64,000 nucleotides of DNA from Myxococcota bacterium (GCA_963674735.2 CAXXQS010000002.1:448001-512000), one strand, 5' to 3'; shown: positions 38,201 through 48,233, numbered from the stretch's first letter. Program-made: numbers and translations. The notes: generated from the letters alone by a model not told the origin.

Positions 38201-39196
38201 TCGGTGAAAGTCGATGGCGACGACAAGCGCATCAAGGTGGATACGACGCTGGCCGGAACCACCGTGGATGTCTACACCAGCTTCACCAAGGCTCCCAAAC
38301 CCGTACCCAGCCACCCCGCTCTGGTGTTCGTCGATCAGCCGAAGGCCGCAGCCGACGGTCTCAACCTGCCCACCAACCGCGATTTTCTGGCAACGATCCG
38401 CCTGGCCGATCCGGCCATCATCAAAAGCGATTTCATGGATATGAGCTGGGGTGGGGCCGTATCGGCCGCCGTGTCGGATAAGGAAACGGTGCTGACGGGC
38501 GAATTGACGCTCGATCGCGGCGAATTCGAATTTCTCGGTAATCCCTTCAAGGTCGAGTCGGCCGCCGTGACGTTCCCCCCCGGTGCAGACAACGAACCCT
38601 TCCTCAACCTCCAAGCCGTGGCGGCGCTGACGGATGCGGAAGTGAATCTGGTCATGCGTGGTCGGGTTTCGCAGCCGGAAATGAAGCTGACCTCGAATCC
38701 GGCCATGCCGGAATACCAGATCTTCACCTTGCTGGTGACGGGCACCGTCGAGACCAACCAGGAAAGCCAGGATGAGGTGCAGGCCAAGGCGGCCAACCTG
38801 GGCGCGGGTCTGATCGCCTACCAGTATCCCCAGTTGCAGCAGCAGATCAAGCGCCGCACCGGCATCGACCGCGTCTCTCTCAGCTTCGGCGACACCGCCG
38901 AAGAACCCATCGTGACGGTGGGAAAACGCCTCAGCCGTCGCGTCTACATCCAAACCCAGTACCACCACAACTCGCCCGAGGACGTCAACCGCGCCACCGG
39001 CATGATGGAATTCCGGCTCGCCCCCCAGTGGACGCTCGAAACTTTTTACGGAGACCGCAACGTGGGTGGGGTCGATGTCTTCTGGCACCTGCGTTTTCGC
39101 AAACCGAGCCTCGACGGCGCGCCGCCGGATTCCGCCAGCCAAAGCTCGACCGACAACCCGGCGTCACCTACAGCACCTGATTCTGAAACACCGTAA
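35210..39196 (+). CDS. tamB: Translocation and assembly module TamB-like protein
   Basis: N-terminal TM anchor, long beta-repeat body, DUF490-like end (LTSNPAMPE...VTVGKRLSRRVYI); TGATG coupling with tamA. Confidence 0.82.
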   Translation: MTVDPHKQADTPPEPRDEPAPPSPRHRYWGRLRSAFRWLRISVWLLVFVLLTSCVLLLMTDSGLRLILRKGLPIYNDLIPGEIHVGAVDGSLFFGFDLQNVTVADRRGRLLVGVRRLRLNISPLLIIDGLVDIRLLSLVAPELHLRQGPRGSAFLDLAPESDGTPPEPSPPEPPPEPDAPLFTLPVAIRIEELMVDGFHLVLHADDDEESEEETVLVEHAGLRLTARGRGAVVETIVRDLSAEIPVTGISLHQLELEAAWEGRAAYLRQLDAETSLGNLHLVDTRFDPTILGGRVNLTAHSAAADLHELTGRRFAGEATLELHAKGDPGDLALTLKAAVGEARLDMQAKGAWEPQPWAELDYRLAGIDPKRFGLPKAGLLGGEGHAKLKGVTLETLAASLAFTCRRCRLDPVGALALSVNARLKARNADADVKLQTAGVNVTATGALREFEELTAELGIAIPDLGPLASVFLPQPVGGRLQAAATCAGRWPMPSCTLDAQLGNVTIEDVSLAEAVLTARSRPRAKSLEFNSRLDLRKLNAGAITLATARVDATGTPTDIGLQIEATADERNQGSLALRVRPGASLRIDLREGRGLVGGHNLHLTRPAAVEIVKRRVRLHDFELAINTGRLTVEGLFNPAGTNDLKLSVTGFELAWLAEWLPDPKLAGRLDLEAALTGSGQAPKLSATLSGTDWRVNEHPLGDPILQAGLDGRYAEADLAVHDTVGPWFEMNARVPFQLNLQSGKARWRKRQPHDLTATLSRFKSERLAGLVELPPELSFAIDGEAQASGPADAPTATVVLTGDLNYDTLPPQPLEIRMAAEAKRQQLDVVLDAAGPFPLRLQAETRLDLARLTQGIGDPGQAPLALDLQADGFELATLNPLLPAALQELKGRLFADFNVTGTLAAPKPAGRLRLEGGRVYLLNVADPLRDIELSLALEGRRVTLEHLNVTSGRGTLTSQGTLTLGAAGELDGRYDAELKDFQLQAPGLPQTFIDTRVSVKVDGDDKRIKVDTTLAGTTVDVYTSFTKAPKPVPSHPALVFVDQPKAAADGLNLPTNRDFLATIRLADPAIIKSDFMDMSWGGAVSAAVSDKETVLTGELTLDRGEFEFLGNPFKVESAAVTFPPGADNEPFLNLQAVAALTDAEVNLVMRGRVSQPEMKLTSNPAMPEYQIFTLLVTGTVETNQESQDEVQAKAANLGAGLIAYQYPQLQQQIKRRTGIDRVSLSFGDTAEEPIVTVGKRLSRRVYIQTQYHHNSPEDVNRATGMMEFRLAPQWTLETFYGDRNVGGVDVFWHLRFRKPSLDGAPPDSASQSSTDNPASPTAPDSETP

Positions 39197-39668
39197 GGGG
39201 AATGCAACGCCGACCGGTCTGCGGGTCCGGCAGGAACCCTTCCTTGCACACACATATCGCGGCGTCACCGACCTTCGTGCAGCTGCCGTTGTCGGAGCAA
39301 TCGATGCCGGCGCACGGATCGGGACCGTTCTCGGTCGTCGGGGGTGCCGCCGAGCAGGTTGCCTCCCAAGTCAGGCTGCAATCCACGTATTCCGGTAACA
39401 GCGCATTCGGGGTATCCCGGCAGTCGCCGTGTGCCGTGGCGACCACCCGACCGGGAAAGCAGGCCGTCTGCGCGGCGACGGTGGCCCGGTCTTTGGCGGT
39501 GGCGCAACAGGCCGCTTGGGTGGGCGTCACCTCGACATTTGCCTGCCCCCGCTCGATGCGCGTCTCCGCCGCAGCGGGCGGCGAATCGCTTGGCGGGGCG
39601 CTTTCCTCTGCGTCTACGAAGGTGCTCGGAAAAACCGATAACAGCAGGATGAGGACAAAACGTTTCAT
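39168..39668 (-). CDS. Small secreted Cys-rich protein with EGF-like domain
   Basis: Signal peptide; CAGIDCSDNGSC...CVCKEGF...C. Confidence 0.65.
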   Translation of the reverse strand: MKRFVLILLLSVFPSTFVDAEESAPPSDSPPAAAETRIERGQANVEVTPTQAACCATAKDRATVAAQTACFPGRVVATAHGDCRDTPNALLPEYVDCSLTWEATCSAAPPTTENGPDPCAGIDCSDNGSCTKVGDAAICVCKEGFLPDPQTGRRCIPLTVFQNQVL

Positions 39669-42600
39669 GATTTCTCCCGATAGCGCAGAGGGTCGTAGCT
39701 GTCTCCCGGAGACGGTTTAACGGGGTCGTCGGGCTGGCGCTTGTGCGAGAGGCGCAGGGCGAGTTCCCGGGGTTTTTCGTCGGTAACGGAAAGGGTTTCA
39801 CTGGCCTCGAATTCGCCCAGCGTCGCACGCACCCGGTAGTCCCCCATGGGAAGATAGCAATTCACTTTTTCATTGAGGGCGGCGGTTAAAAAGAGGTCGG
39901 GCTTCTCGTCGATGGTAATGCTGGCGACACTGTCCTGAAAGCGGCGGGTGGAACCGAGGGTGACCACCTTGAACTCGACATAGGTCTCGCGTTGTTCGAA
40001 ATCCAGTTCCAGTCGGGTGTTCTGTCCGCTCTCGATGTCGATTTCCCGTTCCGATTCCTCCGTGCCGATCACGTCGCCGGTGGTGGGATGCTTGAGCGTG
40101 CCGGTGATATACAGTTTGTGGCGGCAAGGTTGCAGGCCGTTGAAACGGAAGCTCGGATTGCGCACGAGCACGGTGCGCAACCCGAATAATCGGAACAGGG
40201 CGTTGAAGCGATCCTTCATCGGACCGCTCCAGCGACCGGTAAAAAGGGAATCGTAACGCCAAACGAAACGGCTGTGCAGCGGAACCAGGCGCACGACGAA
40301 ATGACTTTCTTCCACTTTGTTGTAATAACGGATCGTGAGGCTGAGCGATCCGACCTGTTTGGCTTGCAGGCGGCGCTTGACCATCCGGATGACGAGCCCG
40401 AGCACGATCAGGGCCAGTACGCCCAGCACACCCAGGAAAAGCGGATTCATCCTGCGCAGTTGATCGAGGTTGGAGGTCAGCAGACCCTGCCGATGCATGA
40501 ACGCGTCTTTGGCTTTGAGATAACTTACGACATCCAAACGGTAGCGGCGTTCGCCAGTTTCCTCGTCGATGCTTTCCGACACGGAATACAGCAACGCACC
40601 GTCGAGACCGGCCTGCTGAACGGCGTTTCGGAAACGTTGCAGGTTGAAGGCCGTTCCGTTGGGAAATTGCACTGCCGTCGGCGGTTTCTTGAAATCGACC
40701 GCGTCGATGGCGGGAATCGTGTTTTCAGCCGGAAGCGCAGACGGAGCCTCGGCAAAATGACGGGTGACCGGTTCCGGGCCGGACAGGGCCGTCTGTTGAT
40801 TGGCCAATTTGCGCAACGCCTCGTTTAACGGCGATTCGTTACCCACGGCCAAGCGGGAGGGGCTGAAACCCGCCTCCAACATTTTCGGGGCCTCGCTCGT
40901 TTGCGGCAACGACGCCTGATCGAGGATCGTCATGTTTCCGTCTTTGGGCGGCAGCATGTCGCTCAACTCGCGCGGACCGCCCATCAGCGCCAATAGCTCG
41001 GGGAAGGTCTCGCCCGGCTGAAAATCGGTGATGGGACCGACATGCACGGTCCGGCCCGATTCCAGGCGTTGCGTCAACAGGCTCTGTACGATGGCATACA
41101 AACGCACATCGCGGCGGCGCAGGTCGGCCAGGCGCGTGTCTTGGGCGTTGAACAGGTTCGCCGAAATATCCGCCAGTAGCCACTCGGCCAAGACCTGCGG
41201 ATCGCCGGGGCATGCGCGGTCGAGCTTGGCCAACGACTTACGCAAATCCTGAGCGCGTCCGCACTCGCGCTCCATGCGCGCCAGATCGAGCAGCCTGTCC
41301 GTCGAATCCGCTGGGTTCGCTGGAGCCGCCGGAGCCGTTGGGTCCACCGCAGCATCCGGGCGCTCCCCTCCTTTCAAAAACGTGCTCAAACCCGCCTCGT
41401 ATTCCCCTTGACGCACCAACGACCAGGCCAGTCCGCGACGAGCGGCCGGATAATGGATGTCGCTGGCGGGGACACGAGCGAAAACCCGAGCCGCCTCTTT
41501 GTAATCGTTCAGGTAGAACAGAATCTTTCCGGCCATGAGCGCCACACGGGGCGACAAACCCGGATCGATGATGGCTTCGCGACAATAATAACCCGCCTCG
41601 TCGAGGTGACCTTCGAGGGTGGCGATACGCGCGCGCAGGCAGGAGATCCCGAAGCTGTCGCCGCCGACATGCCGGGCGATAACGGCTTTCATCAAGGGAA
41701 GCTGCGCCGGGGTGAGCCGGTCGAGTGCGATCCGGTCGAGCAGTTCGGGGGGACCGCCTGCGAGACGGGCACGCAGCAGGTATCCGGCGGCATTGGGATA
41801 ATCTTCCTGGGCCGTACAAACGCGGGCGGCGGCTTCATAGGCGTCGGAGACCTCAAGCAGGCTGCGCTCGGTCAGATACGCCTCGGCGAGTTGCCGATAA
41901 ACCCAGGGATCGGGGCTTTTTTGCTTGGCCGCTTGTTTGAGCTGCCGAAGGCGCGAGGCGGCGTGCAGCGGGTCGCGGTAGTAGAGCGCCCACAGACGAT
42001 GCGCCAACGCCGGATCGTGACGGGATTTCTCGAAGCGCAGAAGCCAGGGTTTGGCGGCCTTGATTTTTCCTTGCCGGATTTGCAAGGCGATCAAATGCCC
42101 CATCGCCGCCGCGTCCTTGCGCTTTTTTTTCAGCGCGCGCCGGTACAGCTTTTCCGCCTCGTCATCCGCTCCCTGCAAGTCGAGCAGCCGTGCGTCCAGG
42201 TGGGCGGCTCGGACCCGTTTGCCTTTCGTCGCCGTGGCGTCGATGAGCGCCGGAAGACGGTAGCGCGCCCAGCGAGAGAGCGGCACTCCCTGATCGCGCA
42301 GATCGAGCAAGGCATCCAAGGCTGGGATCGTTTTCCCGGCGCGCAACTCGGTAAAAGCACGGCCGAGCCGGGCCACCGAGCGATCGCCGAAATCGCGGTC
42401 GCCGTGAGTCGGCGGCGCAGGCAGTTCGTCCAGAACAAGCAGGTAATGGCTCAACTGCGTCGCCAACGAAGCCAGGCTGGGCGTGTGGGAGACGATGGAC
42501 AGGCGGTTGTCGCCGGTGGCCGCCGCGTACACACGCAGACTGGCACGCCAACCCGACGCCAGCCGTTTAAGGCGCACGAGTGCCAGCGTGCGGGTGTTGA

Positions 42601-43006
42601 CCGCCTCGGCGAGCTGCCGTACCGCATCGGGATCGAGAGCGGGCATGGGACTGGCGAAATCCTGCTTCGCCCAGATATCCTCAACATGGCGAAGGGGTGC
42701 GGTGCTGCGGCGCGGGTCGCGCAGCCATTGCTGATTGAGCAGCACGGCGAGCCCACGGGCATAGTCCGCTTCCGGCGCGGAGGCGTCGACCCACAAAGCC
42801 GCATCGAATACCCGGCGTTTGACCGACTCCGGCCCGGTGTCGCTCGGATCGGTTGAATCCACGGTATCGCGGACGGCGGACACCGGGTTCGACGGCGGTG
42901 ATGCTTCTGCCGTTTCCGCCTGTAACGGCAGAGTCAACGTAAGCCAGATTCCCAGGCAAAAACAACCCAGAATTCCTGCTTTCCAAGATGCACAGCCGCG
43001 TTGCAT
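39665..43006 (-). CDS. Large TPR-containing single-pass membrane protein
   Basis: Signal peptide, TPR-like helical repeats, TM helix (LFLGVLGVLALIVLGLVI), C-terminal beta-rich domains. Confidence 0.7.
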   Translation of the reverse strand: MQRGCASWKAGILGCFCLGIWLTLTLPLQAETAEASPPSNPVSAVRDTVDSTDPSDTGPESVKRRVFDAALWVDASAPEADYARGLAVLLNQQWLRDPRRSTAPLRHVEDIWAKQDFASPMPALDPDAVRQLAEAVNTRTLALVRLKRLASGWRASLRVYAAATGDNRLSIVSHTPSLASLATQLSHYLLVLDELPAPPTHGDRDFGDRSVARLGRAFTELRAGKTIPALDALLDLRDQGVPLSRWARYRLPALIDATATKGKRVRAAHLDARLLDLQGADDEAEKLYRRALKKKRKDAAAMGHLIALQIRQGKIKAAKPWLLRFEKSRHDPALAHRLWALYYRDPLHAASRLRQLKQAAKQKSPDPWVYRQLAEAYLTERSLLEVSDAYEAAARVCTAQEDYPNAAGYLLRARLAGGPPELLDRIALDRLTPAQLPLMKAVIARHVGGDSFGISCLRARIATLEGHLDEAGYYCREAIIDPGLSPRVALMAGKILFYLNDYKEAARVFARVPASDIHYPAARRGLAWSLVRQGEYEAGLSTFLKGGERPDAAVDPTAPAAPANPADSTDRLLDLARMERECGRAQDLRKSLAKLDRACPGDPQVLAEWLLADISANLFNAQDTRLADLRRRDVRLYAIVQSLLTQRLESGRTVHVGPITDFQPGETFPELLALMGGPRELSDMLPPKDGNMTILDQASLPQTSEAPKMLEAGFSPSRLAVGNESPLNEALRKLANQQTALSGPEPVTRHFAEAPSALPAENTIPAIDAVDFKKPPTAVQFPNGTAFNLQRFRNAVQQAGLDGALLYSVSESIDEETGERRYRLDVVSYLKAKDAFMHRQGLLTSNLDQLRRMNPLFLGVLGVLALIVLGLVIRMVKRRLQAKQVGSLSLTIRYYNKVEESHFVVRLVPLHSRFVWRYDSLFTGRWSGPMKDRFNALFRLFGLRTVLVRNPSFRFNGLQPCRHKLYITGTLKHPTTGDVIGTEESEREIDIESGQNTRLELDFEQRETYVEFKVVTLGSTRRFQDSVASITIDEKPDLFLTAALNEKVNCYLPMGDYRVRATLGEFEASETLSVTDEKPRELALRLSHKRQPDDPVKPSPGDSYDPLRYREKS

Positions 43007-43261
43007 AGAAATACCTCGCCCTTTGTCGTAAATGCGTGCCGGTTTCAGTTTTTTATGTAAGTAAGCTCTAGCCGAACACAAAGATAAAGGCAAGCAATTA
43101 GCAGATAATTGCAAAGGTTTTACTGACGAGAAAGTCAGGCGAAATGGAACGATCGCAGGTCGGTTCTCCCCCCTCTGTCTGGTTTACGCCGTCGGCACCT
43201 ATTGACAGCCTACTCCGACCCCGGTAGGCTGGTTCTCTTTCAATGGGTTGGTGGAGTGAGG

Positions 43262-44551
43262 ATGGATCACGTTCTTCTGCCGTATATCGCACCGCTTAAA
43301 CCGGGGCGTCCTTTCGCGCGGCGCTTCGTTCTGGAGGAGATACGCGGGGTTTACTGCGTTGAGCTGCACTTTCGCGACCGGGTGGACGCCCGTCGTTTCG
43401 CGGTCCGTCTGGTGCCCCACGAGTCCGGACAAGGTGCCTTCGCCAGCACGGGCCTAGTCGATCTTTCCTTGAAACTCACCGGGCCGCCTTCGCGCGATAT
43501 CGACCTGCTGGCGCTGTCGGTGGGCAAGCTTCTGAGCCGCAACATGCACGGCCTGACGGCACAAGACGTCCGCGCGCTCTTTTCCGAACCGGCCATTGTG
43601 GATATCAACGGGACGTCGCAGGAACGCCGCATCGACTTTTTCGTGGGCTATCGCTGCCCGGCGCAATGCCGCTTCTGCACCGACCGCAAGGATAACGACG
43701 AACCACCGCATCTGAGTCTGGCGGAGCTGTCGCAGCGTTTCGCGGACGCCGCCGCGCAGGGTTTCACGAGCGCCACCCTGACCGGTCTCGAACCCACCCT
43801 GCGCCCCGATCTGCCCGAACTGATCCGCGCCGCCCGGCATAGCGGTTTCACCGACGTTCAGGTGGTGAGCAACGGCGTGCGCCTGCACGAACCCGCTTAC
43901 ATGGAACGGCTGCTCGAAGCCGGAATGACGGTCTTGATCCTGTCGGTGCACGCCGCCGATGCGCTGACCGAGTCGCAGTTGACGGGCGTCCCCTGGCTGT
44001 TCGAGCGCAAGCTGGCCGCCCTGAAAAACGCCCACACGCTTTTCGGATCGCGGCAAATCCAGGAACGCCGGGGGCTGTTCTTCCGCACCAACAGCGTGTT
44101 GACCGTTCCGGGTCTGGCGGGCCTGCCGCAGTTGGTCGATCTGCTGACCGAGCATGAAAGCTATCTGATTCCGCTGCATTTCCCCTGGATTCAAGGCCGC
44201 GCCGCCGCGCACTTCGCCTCCGTCGTCCCCCGTTACCCGGACGTGAAAGAGGCGCTCGGGCCGCTCGCGCCGCTGCTGCAGGATCCCGAGCATCCCGTCT
44301 CGGTGCTCAATCTGCCGCCTTGCGTGATCGAAGAAACGGACATCCCGGCGTTGCGGGTCAAAACGCAGGTCAGCGCCGAAAGCGATCCCGATGCCCCCGA
44401 GACGGCCGGTTGCGCGCGCGAGCGCAAAATGGATGAGACCTTGGTTTATCCACCGTTGTGCGCCGCCTGTTCCGCACGAACGCGGTGTCCGGGAGTCTCG
44501 TCGTTGTATCTGGAGCATTACGGAACCGCCGGACTCGCGCCGCTGTCTTGA
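43262..44551 (+). CDS. Radical SAM protein with C-terminal Cys motif
   Basis: CPAQCRFC, TGLEPTL, VSNG, NLPPC, CAACSARTRCPG...YG. Confidence 0.85.
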   Translation: MDHVLLPYIAPLKPGRPFARRFVLEEIRGVYCVELHFRDRVDARRFAVRLVPHESGQGAFASTGLVDLSLKLTGPPSRDIDLLALSVGKLLSRNMHGLTAQDVRALFSEPAIVDINGTSQERRIDFFVGYRCPAQCRFCTDRKDNDEPPHLSLAELSQRFADAAAQGFTSATLTGLEPTLRPDLPELIRAARHSGFTDVQVVSNGVRLHEPAYMERLLEAGMTVLILSVHAADALTESQLTGVPWLFERKLAALKNAHTLFGSRQIQERRGLFFRTNSVLTVPGLAGLPQLVDLLTEHESYLIPLHFPWIQGRAAAHFASVVPRYPDVKEALGPLAPLLQDPEHPVSVLNLPPCVIEETDIPALRVKTQVSAESDPDAPETAGCARERKMDETLVYPPLCAACSARTRCPGVSSLYLEHYGTAGLAPLS

Positions 44552-44669
44552 CCCGCGCGACCTCGCTTTTCATCGTAAATTGATGATTTGTTCATCGCCA
44601 TGCAACATGCTATAGAATAATGTAACTGACTTTTCCGTTTGTCGTCGAACCGCCATAGAGGACGTTTTC

Positions 44670-45320
44670 ATGAAGTACCGATTGCGCCTGCCGGACCGCG
44701 AGCAGACCCTGAACGAAGAAATCGCCAACAGCGTCACCCACGGACTCGGCGCGGGTCTGAGCGTGGCCGCCCTATCCATCCTGGTCACCCTCGCCGGACT
44801 GGAAGGCGACCCCTGGCGAATCGTCAGCTTCAGCATTTTCGGCACAGCACTGATTTTGCTGTATCTGGCCTCGACGCTCTATCACGCCTTTCAAAATCCG
44901 CGTGTCAAACGCTTTTTCAACATGATGGATCACTCCATGATCTTCATCCTGATCGCGGGATCGTATACACCCTTCACACTGGTCACCCTGCGCGGCGCAT
45001 GGGGCTGGACGCTCTTCGGCCTGATCTGGGGCTTCGCGCTGGCCGGGGTCACGTTCAAAATCATTTTCAAGCGCCGTTTCATGATGGTTTCCGTGGGTTT
45101 TTACCTGGCCATGGGCTGGCTGGTGGTGATTGCCATGAAACCGCTGATCGACGCCTTGCCGCCTTGGGGGCTGGGCTGGCTGGCCATCGGCGGCGCTTGC
45201 TACACCCTGGGTGTCGTGTTTTATATCTTCGACCGCCTGCCCTACTGGCATACCATCTGGCACCTGTTCGTGCTCGGCGGCAGTTTCAGCCACTTCTTCG
45301 CCGTCTTGTGGTTTGTCTGA
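44670..45320 (+). CDS. Hemolysin III / PAQR (TrhA) family membrane protein
   Basis: EEIANSVTHG, STLYH, DHSMIFILIAGSYTP, HTIWHLFV..GS..HF. Confidence 0.93.
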   Translation: MKYRLRLPDREQTLNEEIANSVTHGLGAGLSVAALSILVTLAGLEGDPWRIVSFSIFGTALILLYLASTLYHAFQNPRVKRFFNMMDHSMIFILIAGSYTPFTLVTLRGAWGWTLFGLIWGFALAGVTFKIIFKRRFMMVSVGFYLAMGWLVVIAMKPLIDALPPWGLGWLAIGGACYTLGVVFYIFDRLPYWHTIWHLFVLGGSFSHFFAVLWFV

Positions 45321-45435
45321 CATTTCCCGCCTTCTCTCGGGCCGTGCATTCCGTTGGTAATTCTTACGGCGGCGGGGTACAATCTTTCGGCCTGATTCAA
45401 ATCGAGGATCGGATGGGGAAAACAGGAGGCAGGAG

Positions 45436-46893
45436 ATGAAATCGTTTGGGCGATGGGTTGTATTGGCCTTGATGATCGGCCTTGGGGTGGCGTGCAACGA
45501 CTCGACGGACAACGCCGCTGAGCCCGACGGCGATAGCGAAACGGATACCCCCGCCGCCGACGGCGACGCGGACAGCGACGCGGAAGCGTCAGCCATCACC
45601 CAGCCGCCGGTGGCCTGTGGCATGGCCGAATACGTCTGGCAGCCGACGGAAAACGTCGGTATCCCCATGGAATGGGAACCGCTCGATCTGTGGACGATGA
45701 ACAAGGACGCCTTCGCCAACATGATGCGGGCGGCGGGATTGGAAAGCCCGATTCCGCTGAAGTACGATTTCGCCACCTATCGCTACCGCTACGTCACGCA
45801 GGATCGCGGGCAGTTGGTGGAAGCCACCGGCACGCTGGCCGTCCCCGTCACGACGGATCTCGAACAGCTGCCGACCGTGCTGAACATTCACGGCACCACC
45901 GGTTGGTCCGATCCCTGCGCGCCCACCGCCAACCTGCTGGATCAGTCGCACGCCTTGGCGGGTTTTCTGGCCGCCATGGGATACATTACGGTATCGCCGG
46001 ACCACATCGGAATGGCCGGTTTCGGCGACGCCTCCACCGTGCCGCACGCCTACATTGCGGGCGAGCCCATCGCGCTGGGTTCCTGGGACGCGCTACGCGC
46101 CGGGTTGCGGCTTCTTTCCGACGACCTGGAGGCGGTGGTGGAACCGGATGGTCGGGTGGTGCTGTTCGGGGCTTCGCAGGGCGGGCACGGGGCGCTTTTC
46201 ACCGAATTGTTCGGCCCGTATTACGCGCCGGAATTCGACGTGCGCGCGGTGGTGGCCGATGTGCCCGTTGCATCGCTACACTACGCCACCCGTTTTTCGG
46301 GGGCCGACGACAGTCTTTCCGTCCCGGGTATCTTGGCGATCACGTTGATGTCTCAGTCTCTGTGGTACGGCCAGGGCGATCTGGCCGACCTGCTGACCGA
46401 CAGCGAGCCTCATTTCTTCGCCCAAGATTTCGCCGACGGCATCTATGCAACCGACGACTGTCCGCTCGGTGATTATCCGCCGGTGGATGCCACAACCTTC
46501 GACAACCTTTTTGCGCCCGACTTTCTGGCCGCGGTTGACGCCGGAAGCGCGCCGGAACCCTGGGCCTGCTTCCTGGACGAAAACAGCCTCGACACCACCC
46601 GGATAGAGCCGCTGCGCCACACACCCACGCTGATGACCTTCGGCGAACTGGACCCGCTGGTCCCGCCTGCGGAGATGGACGGTGTTTTCGATGCCCTGTG
46701 TACGGCGGGCTACCAACTGGAGTATCGGCAATGTAAGGGTGCAGGCCACATGGATGCCGCCCTGTGGTCGATCGCGGAACAATACTCCTGGATCGAGGCA
46801 CGCCTGGCGGGTGACCCCATCGAGGCGGAACGCCTGTGTACGCGGCGGCCCGCCGAGTGTTGCCTGGGCAGCCCCGCTGAAATCTGTGAGTGA
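45436..46893 (+). CDS. Secretory lipase-family alpha/beta hydrolase lipoprotein
   Basis: Lipobox GVAC; HGTTG..CAP, PDHIG, GASQGG nucleophile elbow, G..DPLV, GAGH. Confidence 0.82.
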   Translation: MKSFGRWVVLALMIGLGVACNDSTDNAAEPDGDSETDTPAADGDADSDAEASAITQPPVACGMAEYVWQPTENVGIPMEWEPLDLWTMNKDAFANMMRAAGLESPIPLKYDFATYRYRYVTQDRGQLVEATGTLAVPVTTDLEQLPTVLNIHGTTGWSDPCAPTANLLDQSHALAGFLAAMGYITVSPDHIGMAGFGDASTVPHAYIAGEPIALGSWDALRAGLRLLSDDLEAVVEPDGRVVLFGASQGGHGALFTELFGPYYAPEFDVRAVVADVPVASLHYATRFSGADDSLSVPGILAITLMSQSLWYGQGDLADLLTDSEPHFFAQDFADGIYATDDCPLGDYPPVDATTFDNLFAPDFLAAVDAGSAPEPWACFLDENSLDTTRIEPLRHTPTLMTFGELDPLVPPAEMDGVFDALCTAGYQLEYRQCKGAGHMDAALWSIAEQYSWIEARLAGDPIEAERLCTRRPAECCLGSPAEICE

Positions 46894-46934
46894 AGGTGCG
46901 AACGATTGCGCTGATCATCCGCTAACGAACCCGT

Positions 46935-48233
46935 ATGGGGAAGAAGTCCATGCCTACCGTCACGCCCAAATCTCCCGGACCCGAGCCCGAACGGCCGGGC
47001 CTTTTCAAACAGCTTTTACCCTTTGTTTTTGCGGTGGGCATCTTGGTATGGGTGTTTACCGGGTTGTCGGTCAACGTGGTCGATGAGGCGCTACGCATCG
47101 ACGAGCACGGGGAGGCGCGGCTGGCCAAACACGGAGTCAAGACGCATACGCTGGTACTCAAAAGCACCGACGGAAAACGCCTTTACTGCGGAGTATCGGA
47201 GGGGGCGGAGGCCGCCGAGGCCTGTCCGCAGGGCGTGGATTTCCATGTACGCATGCTCGACGGCGCGGCCGTACTGCTGCGTGCGTTGCCGGATCGGCTT
47301 GCACCGGGAACGGACTTGCGCGCCGATTACGTGCACACCCTGAGTATCGGCGATTTGGTTCGGCAACTGGAATCGGTGGACCTCGGGTGGTTCATTCCAG
47401 TCATGATCGCGCTGATGGTGATCTTCTTTTCAAGCGATGTCTTCGGCTTCGGCGGAGCCTATCGTTTGTTCAACGTTCCCGATATGTCCTGGCGCGAAAT
47501 CCTCGTTTTGCGCGGCGGCCCTTATCTGGTCCAGGTCGGTCTGGCGCCGCTGGCGGAGGTTTTGTTTCCGCTTTATCTGCTGCGGGTCAAACGCGTGCCG
47601 GTGACGCATACGCTGAGTTCCAACCTGTGGACGCTGCTCAACGATGTCGCGGCCATCTTTACGCTGCTCACCCCGGCGGTGTTGTACAATCTGTTCGTAA
47701 ACACCGTGGTGCCGGTGATCGGTTTCGAGTGGCTGATCGGCTGCGCGCTTTTCTGGGCGCTTTACTTCAGCGGCATGTTTTTCTGGCCGAGCGAACGTGG
47801 ACGGCGGCTGTCCAAACGCACGGGCGGACTGATGCGCAGCTTCACAAAAGCTCAGCCCCTGCATTACCTGCGGATTTACGCGGTGCGCATCACGGTCTGG
47901 CTGGCGTTCGTGGCCGCCAATTATGCGGCGCTGCGAGCGGTGGGCATGGACCCGACCCTGCCGGTGGCGCTGATCGGGATCCCCCTGATCGTGATGTCTA
48001 TCTTTCTGCCCATCGGGGTGGGCGGCTACGGCGGCCCGCAACTGATTGCCTGGTTTCTCCTGGTGAAAATCGGCGGAGCGGGCACGGCCGAACAGGCGGT
48101 TTTATACTCACTGCTGTTCTCCACGGCCTTCTTGGCCGGACGCGCCGCCATCGGGCTCGTCTTTTTCCGCACCTTTTACAATCGCTGCCTGCGCCGTCAT
48201 CCCATCGACACCTCGCAACCCGAAGCGGTGTGA
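46935..48233 (+). CDS. Lysylphosphatidylglycerol synthase TM/flippase-like membrane protein with inserted soluble domain
   Basis: Multiple TM helices; LPIGVGGYG motif; about 90-aa soluble insert after TM1. Confidence 0.6.
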   Translation: MGKKSMPTVTPKSPGPEPERPGLFKQLLPFVFAVGILVWVFTGLSVNVVDEALRIDEHGEARLAKHGVKTHTLVLKSTDGKRLYCGVSEGAEAAEACPQGVDFHVRMLDGAAVLLRALPDRLAPGTDLRADYVHTLSIGDLVRQLESVDLGWFIPVMIALMVIFFSSDVFGFGGAYRLFNVPDMSWREILVLRGGPYLVQVGLAPLAEVLFPLYLLRVKRVPVTHTLSSNLWTLLNDVAAIFTLLTPAVLYNLFVNTVVPVIGFEWLIGCALFWALYFSGMFFWPSERGRRLSKRTGGLMRSFTKAQPLHYLRIYAVRITVWLAFVAANYAALRAVGMDPTLPVALIGIPLIVMSIFLPIGVGGYGGPQLIAWFLLVKIGGAGTAEQAVLYSLLFSTAFLAGRAAIGLVFFRTFYNRCLRRHPIDTSQPEAV

